A program made the translations under genes and the position numbers. Below, piece by piece: positions 7,843-17,455 of a stretch of 28,731 bases of DNA. Position 1 is the stretch's first letter. Each line of letters starts with the position of its first letter. Origin of the DNA: Sulfurimonadaceae bacterium (GTDB lineage Bacteria; Campylobacterota; Campylobacteria; Campylobacterales; Sulfurimonadaceae); assembly GCA_041571435.1 (NCBI GenBank), contig JBFFUI010000029.1, positions 1-28,731 of the forward strand, in the 5' to 3' direction. The notes under the pieces are model-generated. The model had not been told where the DNA came from, searched no databases, and saw nothing but the letters and a program-made list of their open reading frames with translations.

Positions 7843-8466
7843 ATGATGAGTAGTTTAGAACAATTTGAAAATAGAAACGTTAGCGAAGATGCTTATTTCA
7901 AAGTCGATATTGCTGACTATCCGGTAACAGGGTGGGATAGAGCGAAACGCGTATTTTCCCGTACTTTTAAAGGCGAGCTTTTTGTTGGTCTGTGGGTTGT
8001 ACTGCGCGAGATGTTCAAGTTTGACATCCACACGGTACAGTACCCGAAAGAAAAGTTGCCTATCGGACCACGTTACCGTGCAGTCCATGAGATGCAGCGT
8101 CTTTGGGAGTCTGGTACGGAACGTTGTATCGGTTGTGGTCTTTGTGAGAAGATCTGTATCTCCGACTGTATCCGTATGGACACTAAGATCGATGAGAACA
8201 GCCGTAAACAGGTAACGGAATACACGATCAACCTCGGTCGTTGTATCTTCTGCGGATACTGTGCCGAAGTCTGTCCAGAGCTTGCGATCGTACACGGCGG
8301 ACGCTATGAAAATACGTCAGAACAGCGTGCACACTATATCGGGTATGAAGATATGTTGACACCGGTCGATATGGCGATCAAGGGCCAGGTGCCTGAGTAT
8401 CCAGGTTTTGGTGCGATTACACCACATGAAGACGAGCGCGTAAAATCTACGCCGCTTGCGTATTAA
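7843..8466 (+). CDS. nuoI: NADH-quinone oxidoreductase subunit I
   Basis: TVQYP, CIGCGLCEKIC and CIFCGYCAEVCP 2x[4Fe-4S] motifs. Start uncertain (TTG 7840, ATG 7843 or ATG 7846). Confidence 0.96.
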   Translation: MMSSLEQFENRNVSEDAYFKVDIADYPVTGWDRAKRVFSRTFKGELFVGLWVVLREMFKFDIHTVQYPKEKLPIGPRYRAVHEMQRLWESGTERCIGCGLCEKICISDCIRMDTKIDENSRKQVTEYTINLGRCIFCGYCAEVCPELAIVHGGRYENTSEQRAHYIGYEDMLTPVDMAIKGQVPEYPGFGAITPHEDERVKSTPLAY

Positions 8467-8475
8467 GGAGCTAAG

Positions 8476-9039
8476 ATGGAAGCTATAGCATTTTACACAT
8501 TTGCTATCTTGACAACAGTGATGTTTACCATCACTGTGTTAACTAACCACGCGCTTTATGCACTGAGTGCATTGGCAGCAGGTATGATCTTCATCTCGGC
8601 ATTTTTCTTTTTGCTGGGTGCGGATTTCTTGGGTGCGATTCAGATCATCGTCTATACAGGTGCCGTAATGGCACTATATGCCTTCGGTATGATGTTCTTT
8701 GATACAACGCGTGTTGTTGTCGAAAGCCGCACATCGCCGCAGATCGTTTTTGGTCTGTCTGGCGTTGCAGCATTGACTGTTGTCGCGATCTTTACGGCAC
8801 CGATTGTTTCGGGGAACATTGAAGCACTTTACCCTGCAATTGACGGCGTAGGTAACTCTCAGATGGTCGGTATGGTGCTCTTTACAAAGTATCTGATCCC
8901 GTTTGAAGTGGCGGCAGTGATGCTTCTTGTTGCTATGATCGCCGGTATTATTCTTGCCGGCAAAAAGATGGATTACTCTTTGACTTTGATGAAAGAAGAA
9001 GAGATCGAACGTCAAAACAAAGAAAAGGCTCAAGCATGA
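8476..9039 (+). CDS. nuoJ: NADH-quinone oxidoreductase subunit J
   Basis: QIIVYTGAV and LFTKYLIPFEVAAVMLLVAMIAGI motifs; RBS AAGGAG. Confidence 0.96.
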   Translation: MEAIAFYTFAILTTVMFTITVLTNHALYALSALAAGMIFISAFFFLLGADFLGAIQIIVYTGAVMALYAFGMMFFDTTRVVVESRTSPQIVFGLSGVAALTVVAIFTAPIVSGNIEALYPAIDGVGNSQMVGMVLFTKYLIPFEVAAVMLLVAMIAGIILAGKKMDYSLTLMKEEEIERQNKEKAQA

Positions 9040-9344
9040 TTGAAATCACTTTACAGCACTATCTGGTTCTGTCAACGTTACTTTTTGCTATTGGTCTGAT
9101 CGGTGTCATGCGTCGTAAAAATCTTTTGATGCTGTTTTTTGCAACGGAGATTTTACTGAACGCAGTGAACATCGCATTTGCGGCGATAAGCAGTTACTAT
9201 GGTGACCTGACAGGTCAGATGTTCGCGTTCTTTATTATTGCGATCGCAGCATCTGAAGTGGCGGTCGGCCTTGGTCTACTTGTTCTTTGGTACAAGCGTA
9301 CTGGCAAAATTGATCTTGATGCAATGACATCGATGAGAGGATAG
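9036..9344 (+). CDS. nuoK: NADH-quinone oxidoreductase subunit K
   Basis: RRKNLL, EILLNAVN and AASEVAVGL (both conserved Glu); ATGA overlap with nuoJ. Confidence 0.97.
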   Translation: MIEITLQHYLVLSTLLFAIGLIGVMRRKNLLMLFFATEILLNAVNIAFAAISSYYGDLTGQMFAFFIIAIAASEVAVGLGLLVLWYKRTGKIDLDAMTSMRG

Positions 9345-9347
9345 AGG

Positions 9348-11255
9348 ATGGAATTTTATTTATATACTGCACTTTTTGCACCTATTGTAGGTTCACTCTT
9401 TGCAGCACTCTTTGGAATGAGTAAGAAAAATATTATTGCGGGGATCATTCCTTCTGCATTACTATTCGTCTCATTTTTAGCGAGCCTGAAACTGCTGATC
9501 TACATCCTGGGCGGCGGTGCTCCGATCCAGATCGAGATGATGACGTGGATGGCTACGGGTGATCTGTATGTCCCATACGGGTTTGTAGTAGATCATGTAT
9601 CGGTGACGATGATGATGGTTGTTACAACAGTTTCGACAGTTGTACACGTATACTCGATCGGGTATATGGACCATGACAGATCGTTCAACCGTTTCTTCGC
9701 ATGGCTTTCAGCCTTCGTATTCTCAATGATGGTACTTGTCATGAGTGACAACCTTCTGGGTCTCTTTATCGGTTGGGAAGGTGTTGGTGTCTGTTCATGG
9801 GCATTGATCGGTTTCTGGTATGAAAAAGAGAGTGCTACATGGGCAGCAAACGAAGCGTTCATCATGAACCGTATCGCTGACCTTGCAATGCTTATCGGTA
9901 TCTTCCTTGTTTATTGGAATACCGGTTCGATCCGTTACGATGAGTTCTTTGCGGCACTTCCTGCACTGGATCCTGCGGTACTGACAACAATGGGTATATT
10001 CTTGTTCATCGGTGCGATGGGTAAATCGGCACAGTTTCCGTTACACACATGGCTTGCCGATGCGATGGAAGGTCCTACTCCGGTATCGGCTCTTATCCAC
10101 GCGGCAACAATGGTAACGGCGGGTGTCTACCTGGTCGTTCGTGCCTATCCATTATATGACCTTATTCCTGATGTCGGTCTTTTCATCGCAAGTCTGGGTG
10201 CATTCGTTGCGATGTTTGCAGCGACAATGGCACTGGTCAACCGCGATATGAAACGTATTATTGCTTACTCGACACTATCACAGCTCGGATATATGTTCGT
10301 TGCAGCAGGTCTTGGCGCGTATTGGGTTGCGCTGTTCCACCTGATGGCTCACGCATTCTTTAAAGCACTCCTTTTCCTGGGTGCCGGTAACGTAATGCAT
10401 GCTATGCATGACGAACTTGATCCGTTCAAGATGGGTGGTCTTAAGACATCTATGAAATGGACATGGATCCTGATGACACTTGCTTCTGTTGCACTGGCAG
10501 GTATCTATCCGTTGGCAGGTTTCTTCTCTAAAGATCTTATCCTTGAAGTTGCTTTTGTTCAAGACCATTACATCCTCTACACGGTACTGCTGTTGACTGC
10601 AGGTCTTACAGCGTTCTACTCTTTCCGTCTGGTTGCTTTGATCTTCCACGGTGACGAGCGTCACCTGGAGCATGGTATTCACCCACACGAGGCATACAAG
10701 TTTATGTTGTATGCGATGTTGCCACTGGCAATCTTGGCGGTGATCGCAGGTATGGTCTTTAAAACACCATACTTCGAAATGGTGACTAATGTCCTTCCGG
10801 CGATCGAGTACCACATTCACAACCACACGGTGTTCTGGATCATGACGATCGGTACACAGCTGTTTGTCATCGCAGCTATCGTTTATGCCTATAAAAAATA
10901 TGCCAAAGCGGTCAAGGTGGACAAAAAAGTCGAGTCAGGTGTTCTCTACCAGCTCCTTTATAACCAGTATTATATCCCGCAGTTCTATGAGGAGTACTTC
11001 TCTAAGATGTACCGCGAACTTTCGGACATGATGTGGAAGATAGATCTTAAAGTTGTTGATGCTACGGTAGACGGTGTTGCAAACATCTTCTACAACACCG
11101 GTAAGAAAACGCATACAATGCAAAACGGAAACCTCTCAACGATGTTGCGTTGGATGGTTGTTGGTACAGTTGTCCTGTTGGCACTGGCAGCAGCATTCAC
11201 ACTTGGACAATCAGATGCAGTAATTGAACTGTTATCTGGATTAGGAGTTATATAG
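9348..11255 (+). CDS. nuoL: NADH-quinone oxidoreductase subunit L
   Basis: FIGWEGVG, GKSAQFPLHTWLADAMEGPTPVSALIHAATMVTAG, IAYSTLSQLG, HAFFKALLFL. Confidence 0.98.
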   Translation: MEFYLYTALFAPIVGSLFAALFGMSKKNIIAGIIPSALLFVSFLASLKLLIYILGGGAPIQIEMMTWMATGDLYVPYGFVVDHVSVTMMMVVTTVSTVVHVYSIGYMDHDRSFNRFFAWLSAFVFSMMVLVMSDNLLGLFIGWEGVGVCSWALIGFWYEKESATWAANEAFIMNRIADLAMLIGIFLVYWNTGSIRYDEFFAALPALDPAVLTTMGIFLFIGAMGKSAQFPLHTWLADAMEGPTPVSALIHAATMVTAGVYLVVRAYPLYDLIPDVGLFIASLGAFVAMFAATMALVNRDMKRIIAYSTLSQLGYMFVAAGLGAYWVALFHLMAHAFFKALLFLGAGNVMHAMHDELDPFKMGGLKTSMKWTWILMTLASVALAGIYPLAGFFSKDLILEVAFVQDHYILYTVLLLTAGLTAFYSFRLVALIFHGDERHLEHGIHPHEAYKFMLYAMLPLAILAVIAGMVFKTPYFEMVTNVLPAIEYHIHNHTVFWIMTIGTQLFVIAAIVYAYKKYAKAVKVDKKVESGVLYQLLYNQYYIPQFYEEYFSKMYRELSDMMWKIDLKVVDATVDGVANIFYNTGKKTHTMQNGNLSTMLRWMVVGTVVLLALAAAFTLGQSDAVIELLSGLGVI

Positions 11256-12794
11256 ATGTTAGACCATATTTTATCAATCTTGATATTTTTCCCGGCACTC
11301 GCAGCAGTGCTCGGTTTCATTGTCCACAAAGACAGTATGCGTGCCTACGGTATTATCGTAGCTACGGTTGAATTTGTACTGTCTCTTTGGTTGTGGCATT
11401 CGTTTGACTCCAGCGTCTCTGGTATGCAGTTTATGGAACAGGCAAACCTGATCCCGGCATTCGGTATCTCGTATCTGCTTGGTGTTGACGGTATCTCTCT
11501 GTTCATTATCATCATGGCGTCGTTCTTCACGATGCTGGGTATCATGTCATTGACAGAGACACGCCGCATTAAAGACCTTATCATTACGCTTCTGTTCTTA
11601 CAGATGACCATGATCGGTGTATTTGCAGCGCTTGATGCTATCTTGTTCTATGTCTTCTGGGAGCTCTCACTTGTACCGATGCTACTTATCATCGGTATCT
11701 GGGGCGGACCGCTGCGTATATACGCATCAGTCAAATTCTTCCTTTATACATTTGCCGGTTCATTGATCATGCTTGTCGGTATGCTGTTCATGGCATACTT
11801 CTACTTCCAGGCAACAGGCCAGTGGAGCTTCTCACTGCTGGAGTGGTACCGTCTGGTCCTTCCTGAGAACATCCAGTACTGGCTCTTCGTAGCATTCTTC
11901 CTTGGTTTTGCGATCAAGGTACCGATGTTCCCGTTCCACACATGGCTGCCATATGCGCACGGTCAAGCGCCGACGATCGGTTCGGTCATACTTGCCGCGG
12001 TACTGCTTAAGATGGGTACGTATGCGTTTATCCGTTTCTCGCTGCCGTTGTTCCCGGATGCATCTGTCTTCTTTATGACCCCGGTAGCGGTGTTGGCGAT
12101 CATTATGATCATCTACACAGCGATGGTGGCCTACGCGCAAAAAGATATCAAACAGGTTGTTGCATACTCATCTGTATCACATATGGGTGTTATCATCCTC
12201 GGTACATTTGCACTTAACGTCGAAGGCATCACAGGTTCGGTTTTCTTGATGATCGCACACGGTATCGTCTCGGGCGCACTCTTCTTGCTAGTCGGTGTCA
12301 TCTATGACCGCCGCCATACGAAGCTGATGAGTGAGTTTGGCGGTTTGGCACAGATCATGCCTAAATATGCCGTGATCTTCGGGATCATGATGATGGCCTC
12401 TGTCGGTCTTCCGTTGACGATCAACTTTGTCGGAGAGTTCTTGAGCCTTCTTGGATTCTACAAGCAGTCACACATGATGACACTGCTTGCCGGTACAGCG
12501 ATCATCGTAGGTGCTATCTATATGCTTGCAGCGTATAAAAAAGCATTCTTCGGTAATGTCACTAAAGAGGAGAACAAAGAGCTTAAAGATGTGAATAAGA
12601 CGGAACTCCTTGGTCTTATCCCATTGACAATTATCGCTATCTGGTTGGGTATCGCGCCTCAGCCGATCCTTGAGCCGATCAACAACTCTGCAGAGTCAAT
12701 TGTCCAACTTATGCATGATAAAGCGAGATCAGAAGAAGCAAGATCGGTGATCCCCTCTATCGCAAAATTTGAAAATAATATGGAGGCAAAATAA
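11256..12794 (+). CDS. nuoM: NADH-quinone oxidoreductase subunit M
   Basis: LGVDGIS, FYVFWE, KVPMFPFHTWLPYAHGQAP, LLKMGTY, AYSSVSHMG. Confidence 0.98.
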   Translation: MLDHILSILIFFPALAAVLGFIVHKDSMRAYGIIVATVEFVLSLWLWHSFDSSVSGMQFMEQANLIPAFGISYLLGVDGISLFIIIMASFFTMLGIMSLTETRRIKDLIITLLFLQMTMIGVFAALDAILFYVFWELSLVPMLLIIGIWGGPLRIYASVKFFLYTFAGSLIMLVGMLFMAYFYFQATGQWSFSLLEWYRLVLPENIQYWLFVAFFLGFAIKVPMFPFHTWLPYAHGQAPTIGSVILAAVLLKMGTYAFIRFSLPLFPDASVFFMTPVAVLAIIMIIYTAMVAYAQKDIKQVVAYSSVSHMGVIILGTFALNVEGITGSVFLMIAHGIVSGALFLLVGVIYDRRHTKLMSEFGGLAQIMPKYAVIFGIMMMASVGLPLTINFVGEFLSLLGFYKQSHMMTLLAGTAIIVGAIYMLAAYKKAFFGNVTKEENKELKDVNKTELLGLIPLTIIAIWLGIAPQPILEPINNSAESIVQLMHDKARSEEARSVIPSIAKFENNMEAK

Positions 12795-14293
12795 TGTTAG
12801 AAGCAGTTAATGTCTCATTAGCCTCATTAAATGTCGCTACGCTTGTACCGATGACCATTGCGGTCATCGGTGCTTTGTCTATAATCGTGATCGATCTGTT
12901 CAAAGGTGGTTTGAATAAATCACTATACGTCATGATTTCACTTCTCTTTTTATTGCTGGATCTTGGTGCAGTTATGGATTCGGCAGGTGTGTTCGCTTCA
13001 AACGGTACACAAATAGGTTTCTTTGATGTCATGTTGATAGACGGTATTGCTATCCTGGCCCAGCTTGTGATCGTTGTCGCATCGATGATGTTCATACCGC
13101 TTGCACTGACATCTAAGCGTTTCCATGAGTTCTCTTACCCTGAGTTCTTTGCGCTCTTCTTGTTCATGATCGCAGGTTTCCAGTTCATGGTCGCTACAGA
13201 TAACCTGATCCTGATCTTTGTCGGTCTTGAGACGGCATCACTGGCACTCTATCCGATGATCGCTCTTCATAACCGCAGCAAGTCGTTTGAAGCAGCTGTT
13301 AAGTACTTTACGATGGGTGCATTAGCGGCTGGACTGTTCGCATTCGGTTCGATGGTGCTATACGCGCTGACCGGTTCTGTTGAGATCCACCAGATCGCAG
13401 GGATCCTTGCGTCAGATAACTATGCCAACATCGGTTATGTTCTTGTCGCGACGGTGTTTCTGTTTGCATCATTTGCATTCAAGCTCTCTTTGGTGCCGTT
13501 CCATACCTGGACACCGGATGTTTATGAAGGTTCTTCTGCAGCACTTGCCGGGTACATGTCGATCGTACCGAAGATCGCAGGGTTTGTTGTAGCGATGCGT
13601 CTCTTTGAGTTCCTGATCAACTCCGGTGTTGTGTGGTTGGAAGTGGTTATGTATGCGATGGTCGTGATCACCATGACGGCAGCCAATATATGGGCGATCG
13701 TACAGAGCGATGTCAAGCGTATGCTGGCATACTCGTCAGTCTCGCACGCAGGTTTTGTAATGGCCGCTGTACTAATCGGTACAACTCAGGCAAATACAGG
13801 TCTATTCTTATACTGGACGCTTTTCAGCTTTGCCAACCTTGGTGCCTTCACCATGCTATGGGTAAGCCGTCAAAAAGTGCTTTTGCCGGGACAGAGTTCT
13901 GACCATCCGTTCGAAAAGTTCTCAGGTATGTTCCAGACGTCACCGATCCAGGCGACATTGATGGCGCTCTTCATGCTGACATTGGCAGGTATCCCGCCAT
14001 TCGCGCTTTTCTGGGGTAAACTTTACCTGATCGGTGCAGCGGTTAGCGGCGGATTTACGGTATTGGCACTGATCATGGCATTGAACTCAGCGATCGCAGG
14101 TTACTACTACCTGAAATTGATTGTCTACATGTTCATGCGTGAGCCGATCCAAGAGCAAAACTATCTTGTGAATGCATCGACTTCACTTAAGACTATTGTA
14201 GGAATGGCGGCATTTGCTTCTATCTTCCTCTTTATTATGGTCAGCCCATTGATCGAATTTATCGGCGGGTTTGTCTACAATTCAGGGTATTAA
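12794..14293 (+). CDS. nuoN: NADH-quinone oxidoreductase subunit N
   Basis: EAAVKYF, FKLSLVPFHTWTPDVYEG, KRMLAYSSVSHAG, LAGIPP; last gene of the operon. Confidence 0.98.
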   Translation: MLEAVNVSLASLNVATLVPMTIAVIGALSIIVIDLFKGGLNKSLYVMISLLFLLLDLGAVMDSAGVFASNGTQIGFFDVMLIDGIAILAQLVIVVASMMFIPLALTSKRFHEFSYPEFFALFLFMIAGFQFMVATDNLILIFVGLETASLALYPMIALHNRSKSFEAAVKYFTMGALAAGLFAFGSMVLYALTGSVEIHQIAGILASDNYANIGYVLVATVFLFASFAFKLSLVPFHTWTPDVYEGSSAALAGYMSIVPKIAGFVVAMRLFEFLINSGVVWLEVVMYAMVVITMTAANIWAIVQSDVKRMLAYSSVSHAGFVMAAVLIGTTQANTGLFLYWTLFSFANLGAFTMLWVSRQKVLLPGQSSDHPFEKFSGMFQTSPIQATLMALFMLTLAGIPPFALFWGKLYLIGAAVSGGFTVLALIMALNSAIAGYYYLKLIVYMFMREPIQEQNYLVNASTSLKTIVGMAAFASIFLFIMVSPLIEFIGGFVYNSGY

Positions 14294-14308
14294 GCTTTAG
14301 TCCCTTCT

Positions 14309-14340
14309 TGGTGAGAGGAGACTCTCGCCATCTATTTCTT
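14309..14340 (+). terminator. Probable intrinsic terminator of the nuo operon
   Basis: TGGTGAGAG-GAGA-CTCTCGCCA: 9-bp stem (one G-U) with a GNRA loop, followed by a pyrimidine/T-rich run, 15 nt after the nuoN stop. Confidence 0.7.
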
Positions 14341-14413
14341 CCTTATCTTTTCTATCGACGTTTTATTCACTCTTTTTTTGTATAGTTTGGCACTACATAC
14401 AAGGAACTTTCAA

Positions 14414-14938
14414 ATGCGTATACCAGCATTTTCCTTTCTAGCATTCACCTCACTTTATGCCGGTAAATTTGATTATGTTATTACTGAACCTCTCTTACAG
14501 CAACGAATGCAAAAAGAGTTTCCAATAGAGTACAAGACGATGCTACTGACCTTTTATGTCGCCAATCCAAAGCTGCATCTTGACGGCAACAAACAACGTT
14601 TGGACTTTACAGGCAATCTGAAGATACCTGACATCCATGACAGCAAAGGCAAAGCGGTCAGTGCCGTCGTTAATGTGACGTCACGCATCGCCTATCCCAA
14701 AGGCGGGAACTTCTATCTGCGTAAGATCAAGGTCATCGACATCAAAAGCAGGTTAGTCAGTGCCGAAATGAAGTCTGTGTTATACGCCACTATGGACCAA
14801 TTGCTTAATGAATATTTTATGCGACGGCCTGTCTATTCGCTGAAAAATGAGAATGGCTTGATCAAAGAAGCTGTTAAACAAATAGAAAATGTTGTGATTG
14901 TTAAAGAGGGTGTGAAGATCATCTTCAATGTAGGCTAG
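14414..14938 (+). CDS. Secreted DUF1439 (YceB-like) family protein, about 174 aa
   Basis: ATG 14414 follows RBS AAGGA (14401). Signal-like N-terminus ending LYA-G. ITEPLLQQRMQKEFPI and YFMRRPVYSL resemble DUF1439 termini. Confidence 0.65.
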   Translation: MRIPAFSFLAFTSLYAGKFDYVITEPLLQQRMQKEFPIEYKTMLLTFYVANPKLHLDGNKQRLDFTGNLKIPDIHDSKGKAVSAVVNVTSRIAYPKGGNFYLRKIKVIDIKSRLVSAEMKSVLYATMDQLLNEYFMRRPVYSLKNENGLIKEAVKQIENVVIVKEGVKIIFNVG

Positions 14939-14945
14939 GGACAGA

Positions 14946-14973
14946 GCAAAAGAGGATAAACGCCGCAGGCGTT
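14946..14973 (-). terminator. Possible terminator for the minus-strand P-loop gene
   Basis: AACGCC-TGC-GGCGTT hairpin (14959-14973) overlapping the stop, followed on the minus strand by TATCCTCTTTT; lies between convergent genes. Confidence 0.45.
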
Positions 14974-15691
14974 AGTGATCGATCGTGACGAAATCGCCGT
15001 CAATCGCGTTAAAGAGCAGCGTGCGTCTCTCTTTTCGGTATTGGTAGTAGAACGTGTGCGGCGGTAGGTTCTCGAGCTCTGTGTTGTAGTAATGGACGTC
15101 AGAGCATTTTCCGAGATAGAGGAAAGAGAAAAGAAGTTTGATCTTCGGATCCTCGAATGTCTCGTTCGGTTGGGACAAAAAGGTCATGCCGTACTTCTTC
15201 ATATTGATCAGATCAAAAATATAGAACATGAAATCCTCGAACTTGCTATAGAAAGGGTTGAGCATCGAGATCTCATGAAAAAAGTAGTAGTAGTTTTCCA
15301 GAAGTTCTTGTTTCTGCAGCATCTGTGACAGAAGACTTTTAATATTGCGCTTGTTGGCGAAATAGCTTGAGTTGACTGCTATATAGATATGCTCTCGACG
15401 GGCGATAGCTTCTTGCAACCTTGAATCGAAGAGGTCACTCTCATCAAAACGCATATAGAAAAAACGTCCGCTCTCTTTAAAGCGTGCTTCGACATCATCG
15501 ATATCGGGATCACAAAAGTCGAGGTAGAGTGTAGGGACATCACTGTCCATCACATATTCGCGTATGATGTTGCTAAGGTGTGTTTTTCCGGATCCTGCTT
15601 CTGCAAGGATGAGGGTATTTTGAGTCAGTATCTGTTCTGTTAGTTTGAGGTCTGCAATACTGCTTTTAAACTTTCCGATTTTCTGTTTCAT
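14972..15691 (-). CDS. Uncharacterised P-loop ATP-binding protein, degenerate HerA/FtsK/VirB4-like
   Basis: NTLILAEAGSGKT Walker A, YYYFFHE at the Walker B position, and KKYGMTFLSQP resembling the RKxG-hhhh-SQ motif. GGA RBS upstream. Confidence 0.6.
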   Translation of the reverse strand: MKQKIGKFKSSIADLKLTEQILTQNTLILAEAGSGKTHLSNIIREYVMDSDVPTLYLDFCDPDIDDVEARFKESGRFFYMRFDESDLFDSRLQEAIARREHIYIAVNSSYFANKRNIKSLLSQMLQKQELLENYYYFFHEISMLNPFYSKFEDFMFYIFDLINMKKYGMTFLSQPNETFEDPKIKLLFSFLYLGKCSDVHYYNTELENLPPHTFYYQYRKERRTLLFNAIDGDFVTIDH

Positions 15692-15716
15692 TCGTTATCC
15701 ATGTATGTAATGTGAA

Positions 15717-15722
15717 AGTATA
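15717..15722 (-). promoter_or_regulatory. Putative sigma70 -10 box (TATACT) for the P-loop gene
   Basis: CGATATACTTTC on the minus strand about 26 nt upstream of the ATG. The same 12-mer lies upstream of tRNA-Phe (21907-21918). Confidence 0.45.
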
Positions 15723-15823
15723 TCGGACTGAAGAAAATATGGAAAGTTTTGGATGAGCGCGGCAATTGTAAGGGCGGCAGATGTTACCAACGGGCCTCAT
15801 ATTACAGCAGAAAGATGCGCTCT

Positions 15824-16591
15824 CTATAGGACTGTAAAAAAACTGCTGCCGCTGCCGGAGAAGTACCACCCCTCATTACAGTGTTTTTCAAGTTCGGGGT
15901 AGAGAAGAAGGGCCGGCTCAAAAAGATCATTCGCCTCTTTAGGGCTCATTTCTTTGATTGCATCGCGTGAAGAAAGGTTCGTAAGTCTGATCTGCTCATC
16001 GATGCTCAGCTCTTTATAGAAGTGTTCGCGGAAGGCCTGGTATACTTTTGGTGTCGAGATCTCGATCTTTGGTGTGGCAGTCCTTATGTTTAACGGCGGT
16101 TCATTGAAGGGTTCGACGATCTCTCCGATGCCCGAGACGTTGGCACTCTGGAAGCCGTAGACAAAGAAAGGGACATCAGCGCCGACCTTGGCACCGATAG
16201 CCGCGAGTTCGTCGCGGCTGAGCCCCAAATGGAGCACCTCATTGCACATCAAAAGGTAGGTCGCCGCATCGGAACTTCCGCCGCCGAGACCCGCAAACGA
16301 AGGTATCTTTTTATCAACACTGATCGCATGACTCTGCATAAGACGTTTAAGACTTTCAGACCTAGTGGCTTCCAAGAGCGCTTTAAAGGCCTTATAGATG
16401 GTGTTCTGTCCGGTCTCGCAGTTGAAATCACCCATGATGACAAAGTCATTGTTCTCTTTAGCAACGAAGGTGAGTGTGTCGTAGAGGTCGTTCACCAAAA
16501 CAAAACGCGAGAGGATCTCATGGTAGTCACCGCGTTTTCCGGTGATCTTTAAAAAGATATTGACTTTGGCATAGGCTTTATAGCTCTTCAT
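15824..16591 (-). CDS. ispE: 4-(cytidine 5'-diphospho)-2-C-methyl-D-erythritol kinase
   Basis: AKVNIFLKI, KKIPSFAGLGGGSSDAA (GHMP kinase), GADVPFF, GIGE, NDL, FSGSGS. Confidence 0.97.
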   Translation of the reverse strand: MKSYKAYAKVNIFLKITGKRGDYHEILSRFVLVNDLYDTLTFVAKENNDFVIMGDFNCETGQNTIYKAFKALLEATRSESLKRLMQSHAISVDKKIPSFAGLGGGSSDAATYLLMCNEVLHLGLSRDELAAIGAKVGADVPFFVYGFQSANVSGIGEIVEPFNEPPLNIRTATPKIEISTPKVYQAFREHFYKELSIDEQIRLTNLSSRDAIKEMSPKEANDLFEPALLLYPELEKHCNEGWYFSGSGSSFFTVL

Positions 16592-17435
16592 GTAGACTCA
16601 CTCTGTTCAAAAGGTAGTGGACACCCTCATCGTCAAATTCAAAAATAGAGATGCTGTCGCCATTGTCGACCCAGTATGTCCCGTTGCCAGTCGCTTCAAA
16701 ATCTTCTCTGTGAAGCTTCTGTCCCAAGAGTATAGTACTTCTCTCTTTATGATAGACATTCTGTGGCATATTGAGACATTTTTTTATGTCGAGCGCCTTT
16801 TCATTCTCAAAATGAAATTGCCCCTCATTGAGCCGTTCCAGTGCAGAGAGAATACCGCCGTCCAAGCCAAGCTTTTCAGCGACCAGCCGTCCAAGGGAAC
16901 GGATGTAGGTGCCTTCGGAAACCGTCGCTTCAAAGGTGACAAAGGGGTGACGGTAGTGTAGGAAGGTCATCTTATAGATGGTAGAGTGAATGGTGTTAAG
17001 CGTGACCTCTTTGCCCTCGCGTGCCAGGTCATAGGCACGTTTTCCGTCGATCTTCTTAGCACTGAAAATTGGAGGATAGTAGGAGAGCTCACCTTCCAAA
17101 GAGGCAACTGCCGCTTTGACCCTGTTTTCGTTAAGAGGTTTGATATCATCGATTTTGGAGACCATCTCTATATCCAGTGTGTCCGAGTATGCCCCCAGCC
17201 ACAGGGTGGCGCGGTACCGCTTTGGTGTTTTGTTCAAAAATCGGAAGAGGGAGGTATATTTGCCAAAAGCAACGATCAGCACACCTTTGGCAAAAGGATC
17301 CAGCGTGCCGGAGAAACCGGCCTTCGCCGCATTATATTTGCGTTTTAGTCTGGAGAGGTACTGGTTGGAGCCGATATTCGAGGGTTTATACGCCACAAAA
17401 AGGCGGTCGATATTATCACGTTTTTGTTTTGCCAT
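16578..17435 (-). CDS. truB: tRNA pseudouridine(55) synthase
   Basis: KAGFSGTLDPFAKGVL (catalytic Asp), PPIFSAKKIDGKRAYDLAREG, SEGTYIRSL. Confidence 0.97.
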   Translation of the reverse strand: MAKQKRDNIDRLFVAYKPSNIGSNQYLSRLKRKYNAAKAGFSGTLDPFAKGVLIVAFGKYTSLFRFLNKTPKRYRATLWLGAYSDTLDIEMVSKIDDIKPLNENRVKAAVASLEGELSYYPPIFSAKKIDGKRAYDLAREGKEVTLNTIHSTIYKMTFLHYRHPFVTFEATVSEGTYIRSLGRLVAEKLGLDGGILSALERLNEGQFHFENEKALDIKKCLNMPQNVYHKERSTILLGQKLHREDFEATGNGTYWVDNGDSISIFEFDDEGVHYLLNRVSLHEEL

Positions 17436-17455
17436 GGCCGATGTGACAACTTCCG

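Noticed and set aside
14378-14413. TTG start at 14378 for the DUF1439-like ORF
   Set aside because: No RBS there; ATG 14414 has AAGGA upstream and gives a better signal peptide.
15750-15805. Fluoride riboswitch-like ATGAGGCCCG on the minus strand upstream of the P-loop gene
   Set aside because: The flanking GGCG/CGCC stem and the downstream GCTGATG-pseudoknot-TAC elements are absent, so this is probably chance.
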